Positions 16,949-26,124 of a stretch of 54,874 nt of DNA are shown here, piece by piece. A program made the translations under genes and the position numbers. The notes below the pieces were generated by a model, which saw only the letters and a program-made list of their open reading frames with translations, was not told the DNA's origin and did not search any database. The stretch lies in the NCBI GenBank assembly GCA_964412975.1, contig CAYPQX010000110.1, positions 1 to 54,874 of the forward strand. The letters are read 5' to 3'. The first letter of the stretch is position 1; every line of letters starts with the position of its first letter. The stretch is from an uncultured Steroidobacteraceae bacterium (lineage in GTDB: Bacteria; Pseudomonadota; Gammaproteobacteria; Steroidobacterales; Steroidobacteraceae).

Positions 16949-18067
16949 ATGGCGGCGTTGCCTAAAACCGGGCTGATCGGCTGGCGCGGCATGGTCGGGT
17001 CCGTGCTCGTTGAGCGCATGCGCGCCGAGCGTGATTTCGCGCGGATTGAACCCGCTTTCTTTTCCACGACGCAGGCCGGCAGCACCGCACCGAACACGGG
17101 TGGAAAGCTCGCGACGGTCGGCGACGCAAAAGATCTCGAAGCGCTCGCGCGCTGCGACATCCTGGTTTCCTGCCAGGGGGGCGAGTACACCGAGGCCGTC
17201 CACCCGAAGCTTCGCGCCTCAGGCTGGCGCGGCCACTGGATCGACGCGGCGTCCACGCTTCGCCTCAGGGACGACGCCGTGATCATTCTCGATCCGGTCA
17301 ATCGCCATGTGATTGATGCGGCACTCGCGGCGGGGCGCCGCGACTGGATCGGCGGCAACTGCACGGTGAGCCTGATGCTGATGGCTTTCGGCGGCCTGTT
17401 CCATGCCGGTCTCGTCGAATGGATGACGACGATGACCTACCAGGCGGCCTCCGGAGCCGGCGCGCGGGAAATGCGCGAGCTGCTCGCGCAGATGGGACAT
17501 CTGCGTGACGCCGTGGGGTCGCTCCTCGACGATCCGGCGAGCGCGATCCTCGATATCGATCGCCGCGCAGCCACTGCATTCGCCGAAAGCATGCCCGTCG
17601 CTCGCCTCGGTTATCCGCTCGCCGGAAGCCTATTGCCCTGGGTGGATCGCGACCTCGGCAACGGCTACAGCCGCGAGGAATTCAAGGCAGGCACGGAGGG
17701 GAACAAGATTCTCGGCCTGTCGTCCGAGCCAGTTCCGATCGACGGCATCTGCGTGCGCATCGGCGCGATGCGGTGCCACAGCCAGGCGGTGACGATAAAG
17801 CTCACGCGTACGATTCCGATCGCGGAGATCGAACGCCTGCTCGAAGGCGCCCATCGCTGGGTGCGGATCGTCCCGAATGAGCGCGAGGCGACGCTCGCAC
17901 AACTGACGCCCGCGGCGGTGACCGGCAAGCTCGAGATCGCCGTCGGGCGCATCCGCTATCTCGCGATGGGAGAGGACTACATCACGGCGTTTACCGTTGG
18001 CGACCAGTTGCTCTGGGGCGCGGCGGAGCCGCTCCGCCGCATGCTTCGATTCCTGGCCGAACGCTGA
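16949..18067 (+). CDS. asd: Aspartate-semialdehyde dehydrogenase
   Basis: It is collinear with E. coli-type Asd: GLIGWRGMVGSVL, GGNCTVSLMLMAFGGLF, TYQAASGAGAREMRELL, FTVGDQLLWGAAEPLRRML. Confidence 0.97.
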   Translation: MAALPKTGLIGWRGMVGSVLVERMRAERDFARIEPAFFSTTQAGSTAPNTGGKLATVGDAKDLEALARCDILVSCQGGEYTEAVHPKLRASGWRGHWIDAASTLRLRDDAVIILDPVNRHVIDAALAAGRRDWIGGNCTVSLMLMAFGGLFHAGLVEWMTTMTYQAASGAGAREMRELLAQMGHLRDAVGSLLDDPASAILDIDRRAATAFAESMPVARLGYPLAGSLLPWVDRDLGNGYSREEFKAGTEGNKILGLSSEPVPIDGICVRIGAMRCHSQAVTIKLTRTIPIAEIERLLEGAHRWVRIVPNEREATLAQLTPAAVTGKLEIAVGRIRYLAMGEDYITAFTVGDQLLWGAAEPLRRMLRFLAER

Positions 18068-18077
18068 ACGCCTCCGC

Positions 18078-19328
18078 ATGACAGAGATCGACAGCGCGCA
18101 AGCGCCACTCGGCAGGCTCCTCGCTTACCCGGGCTTCACGCGCTTCCTTTCGGCACGGCTTCTGGCATCCGTTGCCGTACAGATGCAGACGGTCGCCGTC
18201 GGCTGGCAGATCTATGCGATCACGCGCGATCCGCTCGACCTCGGCCTGATCGGCCTGTCGCAGTTCCTGCCGTTCGTCCTGCTGGTGCTGCCCGCGGGGC
18301 ATGTCGCCGACCGGCACAACCGCGCGCTGATCCTGGCGCTCTGCTTTGCGCTCGAATTCGCCTGCGCGCTGCTCCTGCTCGCCTTCACGCTCTCGGGCCT
18401 TGCGGTCGCCTGGCCGGTTTTCGCGGTGATGGTCATCTTCGGCACCGCGCGCGCATTCTCGATGCCAGCGGGCCAGGCGATCATGCCGAATCTCGTGCCG
18501 CCGCCGCTTTTCTCGCGCGCGGTCGCGGTCAACTCGAGCGCGTGGCAGGTCTCGACCATCGCGGGCCCTGCGATTGGCGGACTCGTCTACCTGGCAGGCC
18601 CTGACGTCGTTTACGGCACCGTCGCCGTGCTGCTCGCCGCGGCCTTCGTCCTGATCGCCGGCGTGCGGACGGAGAAACCCGCGCGGTCAGCCGAGCCGGA
18701 TACATGGCAAACGCTGCTCGAGGGAATCCGCTTCGTCTGGCAGCGGAAGATCATCCTCGGTGCCGTGTCGCTCGACCTGTTTGCGGTCCTCTTCGGCGGC
18801 GCGACCGCGCTCCTGCCCGCGTATGCGAGCGACATCCTGCATGTGGGTCCGGACGGCTTCGGGTGGTTACGTGCGGCGCCCGGCGTCGGTGCTGCGATCA
18901 TTGCGCTTACGCTCGCCTGCCGGCCGATCACCCGGCATGTTGGGACCCTGATGTTTGCGGGCGTCGCGATCTTCGGATTTGCGACGGTCGTTTTCGGCCT
19001 CTCGCACAGTTATTTTCTGTCGCTCGCGGCGCTCGTGGTCCTGGGCGCCTCGGACATGGTGAGCGTCTACATCCGCCACATGCTGGTGCAGCTCGAGACG
19101 CCGGATGCGATCCGCGGTCGGGTCAGCGCGGTCAACGCCGTCTTCATTGGCGCATCCAACGAGCTCGGGGAGTTCGAATCCGGCCTTACGGCCGCGTGGT
19201 GGGGATTGAAGCCTGCCGTCGTCGTTGGCGGCATCGCGAGCATCGCGATCGCCGGTCTCTGGATGCGCTGGTTCCCGGGACTTCGGCGCATCAGCCGCTT
19301 TCCGGAGCAGGTCTCGCCACCGTCTTGA
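18078..19328 (+). CDS. MFS transporter (EntS/MFS_3-like)
   Basis: It is trimmed to ATG 18078. It has about 12 TM helices, with the loop motif AGHVADRHNR between TM2 and TM3. Confidence 0.85.
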   Translation: MTEIDSAQAPLGRLLAYPGFTRFLSARLLASVAVQMQTVAVGWQIYAITRDPLDLGLIGLSQFLPFVLLVLPAGHVADRHNRALILALCFALEFACALLLLAFTLSGLAVAWPVFAVMVIFGTARAFSMPAGQAIMPNLVPPPLFSRAVAVNSSAWQVSTIAGPAIGGLVYLAGPDVVYGTVAVLLAAAFVLIAGVRTEKPARSAEPDTWQTLLEGIRFVWQRKIILGAVSLDLFAVLFGGATALLPAYASDILHVGPDGFGWLRAAPGVGAAIIALTLACRPITRHVGTLMFAGVAIFGFATVVFGLSHSYFLSLAALVVLGASDMVSVYIRHMLVQLETPDAIRGRVSAVNAVFIGASNELGEFESGLTAAWWGLKPAVVVGGIASIAIAGLWMRWFPGLRRISRFPEQVSPPS

Positions 19329-19362
19329 CCCGATCGGGCCATAGCTGTATATCCATACAGTC

Positions 19363-20433
19363 ATGGCATCAGGCCAACACAAGGGGCGTGGAGCGATTTC
19401 GAACCGGACCGGGCGCTTTGAGGCGCTTGCGGTCGAGGCCGTGGACGATGGCTGGGGCATCGCCGACGAGCCGCTGCCGCCGTTACAGACAACGGTGCAG
19501 CCCGAACCGGCGCACTCGGTCATCACGAAAAACAACTCGCCCGACATCCCTTTCGAGCTGTCAATCAACCCGTATCGCGGATGTGAACATGGATGCCCCT
19601 ACTGCTATGCCCGCCCGAGCCACCAGTACCTGAACCTCTCGCCGGGCCTCGATTTCGAGACGAAGCTCTTCTACAAGAAGGATGCGGCGCTGCACCTGCG
19701 CGAGGAACTGAACCGCCGCAGCTACCGCCCGAGCCCGATCAACCTGGGCGCGAATACCGATCCTTACCAGCCGATCGAGCGACGGCTCGGCATCACGCGC
19801 TCCCTGCTCGAGGTGCTGGCCGAAAGTCATCACCCGGTCACGATCGTGACCAAGGGCGCGCTCGTCGTCCGCGACATCGATGTGCTCGTTCGCCTCGCCG
19901 CGGAACGACTGGTAAAAGTGTTTGTCAGTGTGACTACGCTCGACGACGAGCTGAAACGGCGGATGGAACCGCGCGCGGCGTCGCCGGCGGCACGACTGGC
20001 GGCGATTTCGAAGCTGGCGGCGGCGGGCATTCCGACAGGCGTGATGTTTGCGCCGGTCGTTCCGGCCATCAACGACCACGAACTCGAGGGCGTGCTGGAC
20101 GCGGCGGCTGCGGCAGGAGCGAAAACAGCAGGTTATGTCCTGTTGCGCCTGCCGGGAGAAGTCATGGATCTCTTCTATGAATGGCTGGAGACACATTACC
20201 CCGACCGGTCGCGTCGCGTGCAAAGCCGGATCCGCGAACTGCGCGGCGGCCGGGACAATGATCCGCGCTTCGGCCACCGCATGCGCGGGCAGGGTCCCTG
20301 GGCCGAATTGCTCCACCGGCGCTTCGAGGCGTGCTGCCGCCGGAATGGCCTTGAAAAAGGCCGTAGCGCGCCACTTACGACAGAGTTGTTTCGCCCGCCA
20401 AACCGCTCGCCCGATCAGATGGAACTGTGGTGA
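19363..20433 (+). CDS. Radical SAM protein (PA0069/SplB-like, COG1533)
   Basis: It has the CEHGCPYCYA (CxxxCxxC) cluster motif after the conserved N-terminal KGRGAISNRTGRFE. Confidence 0.88.
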   Translation: MASGQHKGRGAISNRTGRFEALAVEAVDDGWGIADEPLPPLQTTVQPEPAHSVITKNNSPDIPFELSINPYRGCEHGCPYCYARPSHQYLNLSPGLDFETKLFYKKDAALHLREELNRRSYRPSPINLGANTDPYQPIERRLGITRSLLEVLAESHHPVTIVTKGALVVRDIDVLVRLAAERLVKVFVSVTTLDDELKRRMEPRAASPAARLAAISKLAAAGIPTGVMFAPVVPAINDHELEGVLDAAAAAGAKTAGYVLLRLPGEVMDLFYEWLETHYPDRSRRVQSRIRELRGGRDNDPRFGHRMRGQGPWAELLHRRFEACCRRNGLEKGRSAPLTTELFRPPNRSPDQMELW

Positions 20434-20484
20434 TCGCGGCGTATACTCGGATAGATCGTGCATTGCAGGTCAAGGAGCGATCGC

Positions 20485-21183
20485 ATGATGCGCCAGAGGG
20501 TTCGCTCGTTATGCGAGGCCGGCACCGGTGCCGCGATTTTCCTCCTGCTGGCCGGTTGTATGACCGCGCGCCTCGAGGAAGACCGGCAGCTCTCGACCGC
20601 CATTGCCTCGCATGAGGCCGTTGTACTGCTCGCCAAGCCGCATGTCGAAGGCATTACGGCGGAAGACGACTTCATGGATTGCGTCGGCGACAAGATGGCG
20701 AAGGCGACCGGCATCCAGGTGCGCCCGAACGATAACTTCGTCGATTCGATGTTCCCCTGGCTCGAGCCGTCGACGGCACCCCAACGGCCGGAAGGCATCA
20801 CCAAGCTTCTCTCCAGGGATGTAGTCGCGACTCGTGTCGCGGAGAGCGGCGTGCGCTATCTCATCTGGATCGATGGTGCGACGCGCCAGACGGACAGCGG
20901 CGGTAGCATCACCTGTACGCTCGGTCCGGCGGGCGGTGGCTGCATCGGATTTGGCTGGTGGGAAAAGGAATCGGACTACCAGGCGACCGTCTGGGACATC
21001 CAAACCGCGCGGACCGCCGGCTCCATAACGACCAACGTGATCGGAACGTCCGCGCTTGTCGGCGTCGTGGTTCCGCTGCCGTTCATCGCGCGCGTTCAGG
21101 GCACTGCCTGCGACCGACTGGCCAGCCAGCTTGGCATGTTCCTCCGGGGCGACGATCCCTCCGCCATACCTGCTGGGACCTGA
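20485..21183 (+). CDS. Hypothetical lipoprotein
   Basis: ATG 20485 lies 7 nt after AAGGAG. It has the lipobox LLLAGC and no recognisable domain. Confidence 0.65.
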   Translation: MMRQRVRSLCEAGTGAAIFLLLAGCMTARLEEDRQLSTAIASHEAVVLLAKPHVEGITAEDDFMDCVGDKMAKATGIQVRPNDNFVDSMFPWLEPSTAPQRPEGITKLLSRDVVATRVAESGVRYLIWIDGATRQTDSGGSITCTLGPAGGGCIGFGWWEKESDYQATVWDIQTARTAGSITTNVIGTSALVGVVVPLPFIARVQGTACDRLASQLGMFLRGDDPSAIPAGT

Positions 21184-21290
21184 TCGCGGAGCGGCTCCCG
21201 GGCCGGTGAACCAATGGCGGGGGCAGGTTTCCAAGTTTTACGGACAGGCTCGAAACCGGCCGCCCTGAAAGGAGGCGCCCGGCGGGGAGA

Positions 21291-22568
21291 ATGAGGATGA
21301 AATCCACTCGTATTCTGCGTGCCATTGCAGTCGCGGCGGCCATCAGCTTGCTGGCCGGCTGCATGACCCAGAGCTCGTCTTCGCGACCGGAATCCGGTGG
21401 CGGTTCGTCGGGCGGTTCGTCGGGCGGTTCGTCCGGTGGTGGCTCGTCCGGCGGAGGTTCATCCGGCGGCGGCAGTTCGTCGGGAGGTGGTTCCTCTGAC
21501 GGCGGCTCGTCCGGCGGCGGCGGCGGCGGCGGATCCGACAGTTCCGGCGGCGGCGGTTCGACATCCGAGTTCCCGACCGAAGGTGACCAGAGCGGCGGCG
21601 AAGCCGCAGCTATTCCGATGCCGGGTGAGGACGGTGGCGCGTCCGGTGGTTCGACGCAGGATGCGAGCGGTGGCTCGACGGGCGGTGCCGAAGGCGCAAG
21701 TGGCGGGGGTTCGCCGGGCCAGGGTCCGGAATCCGGTGCGCAGGGTGGGAATGCTGGCGGCACATCCGAGGCCGGCCAGCCATGCGTCAGCACCGACGAT
21801 GAGACGACGACTAAAGATGGCGACGACATCAATACCACCGTCTGCGTCGACCTCCAGGTCGGCAGCTTGCCGGGCGGCCTCCCGGGTAGCTTGCCAGGCG
21901 GTGTACCGGGCGGCCCGCCGGGAGCACCTGGTGGAAATCCCGGTCAGGCTGGCGGAGAGCCGGGTTTGCCTGGTGTACCGGGTTCGACACAGGGTAGTCC
22001 GGGAGCTGGCGGCGATGTGGCCGGCCAGGCCGGACAACCGGACGGAGCCGGCGGCGCGGCGGGTCAGGGGCCCGGAGCCCCGGGTTCGGGAGGCCGTAGC
22101 GAGCAGATCGGCCGGCGGCTCGACGAAACATTCGGCACCTTCGATGCGGCGGTGCGCACGGCGCAAGCGGATATCGCGAAGGAGCGCTCGGCCGCCGAGG
22201 AAGCGGGGGCCGGTGGCGGTGAACCCGGCGGGGAAGGCGCGGGCGGCGAGGATGGCGAAGGCGCCGACGGCAGCAGCCCGAATCGCCAAGGCGGCCTGGA
22301 ATCGACGGGTGGCGCGGGCGGCGCCGGCGGCGCCGGCGAAACCGGCGCGGGCAGTGCGGACGCGGGCACGCCCGAAAGCGAGCAGGGCGGCGTGGGCGGC
22401 AGCGGCGCGGGCGGCCGCGGTCCGAGCGGGATTCCGGCCGACATTCCCGATGGCCGGGACGACGATATCGTCGCGCGGCAGATTCGCGAGGCGGCCATGA
22501 AGGAGACGGACCCGGAATTGCGCGAAGCGCTCTGGGAGGAATACCGTCGCTACAAGAAGGGGCGCTGA
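21291..22568 (+). CDS. Low-complexity Gly/Ser/Pro-rich lipoprotein with a conserved charged C-terminal helix
   Basis: It has the lipobox SLLAGC (alternative start ATG 21297). About 330 aa are GGSSG/PGG-type repeats, followed by DIPDGRDDDIVARQIREAAMKETDPELREALWEEYRRYKKGR. Confidence 0.75.
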   Translation: MRMKSTRILRAIAVAAAISLLAGCMTQSSSSRPESGGGSSGGSSGGSSGGGSSGGGSSGGGSSSGGGSSDGGSSGGGGGGGSDSSGGGGSTSEFPTEGDQSGGEAAAIPMPGEDGGASGGSTQDASGGSTGGAEGASGGGSPGQGPESGAQGGNAGGTSEAGQPCVSTDDETTTKDGDDINTTVCVDLQVGSLPGGLPGSLPGGVPGGPPGAPGGNPGQAGGEPGLPGVPGSTQGSPGAGGDVAGQAGQPDGAGGAAGQGPGAPGSGGRSEQIGRRLDETFGTFDAAVRTAQADIAKERSAAEEAGAGGGEPGGEGAGGEDGEGADGSSPNRQGGLESTGGAGGAGGAGETGAGSADAGTPESEQGGVGGSGAGGRGPSGIPADIPDGRDDDIVARQIREAAMKETDPELREALWEEYRRYKKGR

Positions 22569-22587
22569 GGCGCGTCCGACGGGTGCA

Positions 22588-23859
22588 ATGAACATGAATC
22601 GAACGGTGGCACTGGGACTGGTCTTCGCGGGCGCGCTCCTCGCGAGCGGCTGCGTCAAGGAGATGCGGCCCCTGCCGATCCTCCAGGCGACCCAGGCGAC
22701 GACCGAAATACCCGCCGAGCAGCTGCTCGACGTCGGCGTGCACATCCTCGATCCCGGCGTGCCGAAGGAGGTCGAGGAAGACCCCGAGCTCATGGATAAG
22801 CGGCGGATCTATCCGGAGATCCGCCAGGCCGAGGCGCGCTACATTGCGATGCAGCTTCGCGACACGCTCGAAGACACCGGCCATTGGGGCACGGCGCGGG
22901 TCGTGCCATCGACGGTGCAGTATTTCGACGTGACGGTCGACGGCCGGATCCTCGAGTCGAATGGCGCCAACCTGAAACTCGAAGTTACGGCGTACGACGC
23001 GATGGGCCGCATCTGGTTCGCCGAGCGCGAGTACGAGGGCCGCGCCGATACGCGCGCCTATAAGGACGGCTACAACAACGGCCGCGACCCGTTCGAGAAC
23101 GTCTACGTCGCGATCGCGAACGATCTCCTGGCGGCACGCGGGACGCGCCCGGCCGCCGAGCTCGCCAACATCCGCAAGGTCAGCGAGATGCGCTTCGCGG
23201 CCGACTTCGCTCCGGTCGCATTCAGCCAGTATCTCGAGAAGAACAAGAGGTCGGGCGAGTACAAAGTGCTCCGCCTGCCGGCCGAGGACGATCTGCTCGT
23301 GCAGCGCATCAACCAGATCCGCGAGCGCGACTACGGGATGATCGACACGGTCAGCGAAAACTACGCGGCCTTCAGCGAGCGGCTCGAAGAGCCTTACACG
23401 AGCTGGCGCCGCTACACCTATGACGAGATCACGGCTGAGGAGAAGCTCAAGGCCCAGGCGCGGAACCGTATGTTGATGGGTGCTGCGGCCGTCGCTGCAG
23501 CCGTGTTCGTGCCTGACAGCTGCAGCAGCAACGACTGCGCGCGCGTCGCGGATGCCGCACGCTACGGCGCGATGGCTGGTGGCGTCGCGGCGGTCATCAG
23601 CGGCTATCGCAAGCGCGAAGAGTCCAAGATCCACACCGAGTCGATCAAGGAAATCTCGAGCTCGTTCCAGAGTGAAGCGGCGCCTCTCGTCGTCGATGTC
23701 GAGGGGCGGACGCTGCGTCTGACCGGCACGGCGGAAGAACAGTACGCGGAGTGGCGCCGGCTCCTGCACGAGCTCTATCGGGAAGAAACCGGCCTGGTGC
23801 CAACCACGCCCGCCGCGGATTCGACGACGCCTGCCGCGCAATCGAGCGGCGCGGGTTGA
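22588..23859 (+). CDS. Hypothetical lipoprotein (423 aa)
   Basis: It has the lipobox LLASGC and starts 20 nt after the preceding gene. A hydrophobic segment lies near residue 300, and no domain is recognisable. Confidence 0.75.
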   Translation: MNMNRTVALGLVFAGALLASGCVKEMRPLPILQATQATTEIPAEQLLDVGVHILDPGVPKEVEEDPELMDKRRIYPEIRQAEARYIAMQLRDTLEDTGHWGTARVVPSTVQYFDVTVDGRILESNGANLKLEVTAYDAMGRIWFAEREYEGRADTRAYKDGYNNGRDPFENVYVAIANDLLAARGTRPAAELANIRKVSEMRFAADFAPVAFSQYLEKNKRSGEYKVLRLPAEDDLLVQRINQIRERDYGMIDTVSENYAAFSERLEEPYTSWRRYTYDEITAEEKLKAQARNRMLMGAAAVAAAVFVPDSCSSNDCARVADAARYGAMAGGVAAVISGYRKREESKIHTESIKEISSSFQSEAAPLVVDVEGRTLRLTGTAEEQYAEWRRLLHELYREETGLVPTTPAADSTTPAAQSSGAG

Positions 23860-23865
23860 TTCCCC

Positions 23866-26124
23866 ATGAAGGATTTGACGCCCGGGCTCGAACTCGGCGC
23901 CCGGTTTGTGCTGGTTCGGCGGATCGGCCGCGGAGGATCGGCGGAGGTCTGGCTCGCGGTTGACCGGGAGCGCGGTGAACACGTCGCGCTCAAGATCCTG
24001 GACGAATCCCTCGCGGGCGACGCCCCCCGCATGGCGAAGCTCGCGGACGAAATCGCGCGCGCGCAGTCCCTGCCGCCGGAGTTCACGGTCGCCGTTCACG
24101 GCATCCACCAGGCGGAAGGCCTCACGTTCGTCGCAATGGAATACCTCGAGACGGGCGACCTCGGCCAGTTGCGCGGCCGATCGTTCGAGAGTTGGGCGCG
24201 GGCGGCCGACGATGTCGCGGCAGGACTCGAGGCCCTCCATGCGCGCGGCCTCGTGCATCGCGACCTGAAATGCGCCAACGTCCTCCTCGATGGCGCGGGC
24301 CGCGCCCGCCTTGCCGATTTCGGGCTCACGGCGCTCGCGGGAAGCCGCGTGCCAGCCGGAGGTTCGCCCTACAACATAAGCCCGCAACAGTTGCGGGGCG
24401 AACCCGCGCAAGCCGCCGACGACCTCTATGCCTACGGCGCGCTCCTCTATGAATTGATCGCCGGGCATCCGCCTTACTACCCGGAGATCACGCAGGACCG
24501 CGTGTTGTACGAACCCGTGCCATCGCTCCTGCCGCGTGGCGTCGTGCCGGTCGGTGTCAGGGAACTTGCGCTGCGCCTGCTCGCGAAGTCGGCAAACGAG
24601 CGCCCGGCGAGCATGACGCAGGTGCGTGCAAAGCTCGCGGCGGCGGCGGCCGACGGGGGCGAGATCGTGCAACCGATCGCCCATGCGCTGCCGGCGGATG
24701 CCGCCCTGCAAGGCGGCCGCCGGCGCCGGTGGTTGCCGCTCGCGTTCGCCGCCGCGGTGATTGCGGCGGTCGCGACCTTCATCTGGCTCCAGCCGAAGCT
24801 TTCGGGCGGCAACTCAGCCTTCGAGCGCGATGCGCGCATTGAGGCCGAGCGGCAGGGGGAGGCAAAGCGCTCGCGCGAAGAGCGCCTGACGGAACAGGCG
24901 GCTACCCGCGCGAAGTCCGAGGCCGCGCGGGACAAGTACGAAACAGCGTTCAAGGCGCTCGACGCGCGCGCGGCCGCGCGCTGGGCCACGGCAGTCTTCG
25001 CAAAGGCCCGCGATGCCGGGGCCGAGGCCGCGCAGCGTTACGCCGTCGGCGAATACGCCGCCGCCGCAGAAGGATGGGAAGCGGGCCTCGCAAGTCTTGC
25101 CGAGCTCGAAAAGAAACTGCCGCAGGCGCTTGCGGATACGATGCGCCGCGGGCAACAGGCGCTCGCGGGTGCGCAGACCGCGGCGGCACGAGAGGCATTC
25201 GGGCTCGCGCTCGCAATCGCGCCGGGACATGCGCAGGCAACCGCCGGCATTGCGCGCGCCGACCGGCTCGACGAGGCATTGGCCGCGGTTGATGCGGCGC
25301 TTGCCGAGGAGCGCGCCGGGCGGCTTGCCGCCGCGGAATCGGGATTCCGCAAGGCGCTCTCGATCGATCGCGCGGTGCCTGGCGCGCAGGAGGCCATCGA
25401 CCGGCTCGCCGCGCGCCGCACCGGCGACGCATTTGCGGCGACCATGTCGCGCGGATTCGCCGATCTCGCCGCCGGGCGGAGCGATGCCGCGCGCGAAAGT
25501 TTTCGCCAGGCGCTTGCGCTTCGCCCCGGTTCGCAGGAGGCGCGCGATGCCATCGCGGCGCTCGAGCAGGGCGAGCGCTCGTCCGCATTGCGGCTCCTGG
25601 AAGCACGCGCGCGGACCGCAGAGGGCGATGAGCGCTGGGACGAGGCGCTCACAGCCTGGCGGGAGGCGGCGGCGCTCGAGCCTTCACTCGAATCGGCGCG
25701 CGAAGGCATTGCGCGCACAGCGCCGCGGGCGGAACTCCAGGGCAGGATCGAGGCTCTGAACAGCAAGCCGGAACGGCTCTGGGATCCCGAAGGTCGCGCC
25801 GAAGCGCGGACTCTTCTTGCGACGGCCGCCGCCACGGGCAATCCGCGCCAGCGCCTCGCCGCGGCCGCAGGCGAGCTCGAACGACTCACCGCTGCCGCGC
25901 AGTCTCCCGTGCGGCTGCGGCTCGAATCCGACGGGCTCACGCAGGTCGTGATCTATCGCGTTGGCCAGTACGGCACTTTTTCGACGCGAGAAGTCGAGTT
26001 GCTGCCGGGGCGCTATACGGTTGTCGGGACGCGAAACGGTTATCGTGACGTCCGGCGCGAAGTCGTGCTGCCGCCGGGCGCCCCGGCCCCGTCGGTCGTC
26101 GTGAGATGCGAGGAACCGATTTGA
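23866..26124 (+). CDS. Hanks-type Ser/Thr protein kinase with one TM helix and a periplasmic TPR/coiled-coil region
   Basis: It has the G-loop [26 protein letters not shown] and ADFG. The TM helix is [20 protein letters not shown]. Ala/Arg-rich TPR-like repeats follow, and it ends in a beta-rich C-terminal domain. Confidence 0.9.
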   Translation: MKDLTPGLELGARFVLVRRIGRGGSAEVWLAVDRERGEHVALKILDESLAGDAPRMAKLADEIARAQSLPPEFTVAVHGIHQAEGLTFVAMEYLETGDLGQLRGRSFESWARAADDVAAGLEALHARGLVHRDLKCANVLLDGAGRARLADFGLTALAGSRVPAGGSPYNISPQQLRGEPAQAADDLYAYGALLYELIAGHPPYYPEITQDRVLYEPVPSLLPRGVVPVGVRELALRLLAKSANERPASMTQVRAKLAAAAADGGEIVQPIAHALPADAALQGGRRRRWLPLAFAAAVIAAVATFIWLQPKLSGGNSAFERDARIEAERQGEAKRSREERLTEQAATRAKSEAARDKYETAFKALDARAAARWATAVFAKARDAGAEAAQRYAVGEYAAAAEGWEAGLASLAELEKKLPQALADTMRRGQQALAGAQTAAAREAFGLALAIAPGHAQATAGIARADRLDEALAAVDAALAEERAGRLAAAESGFRKALSIDRAVPGAQEAIDRLAARRTGDAFAATMSRGFADLAAGRSDAARESFRQALALRPGSQEARDAIAALEQGERSSALRLLEARARTAEGDERWDEALTAWREAAALEPSLESAREGIARTAPRAELQGRIEALNSKPERLWDPEGRAEARTLLATAAATGNPRQRLAAAAGELERLTAAAQSPVRLRLESDGLTQVVIYRVGQYGTFSTREVELLPGRYTVVGTRNGYRDVRREVVLPPGAPAPSVVVRCEEPI

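Noticed and set aside
6613-20433. Whether the hut/add/asd region is a mobile or accessory island attached to the integron
   Set aside because: The genes are core-metabolism types with uniform GC-rich composition. I saw no integrase other than intI, no transposases and no direct repeats, so I treat it as ordinary chromosome flanking the integron.
21829-24711. A 960-aa minus-strand ORF, the longest in the track, plus the 444-aa ORF at 21459-22793
   Set aside because: It is antisense to three well-supported plus-strand genes: two lipoproteins and the kinase. Its product is Arg/Pro/Gly-rich with no motifs, which is typical of stop-codon-poor shadow frames in GC-rich DNA.
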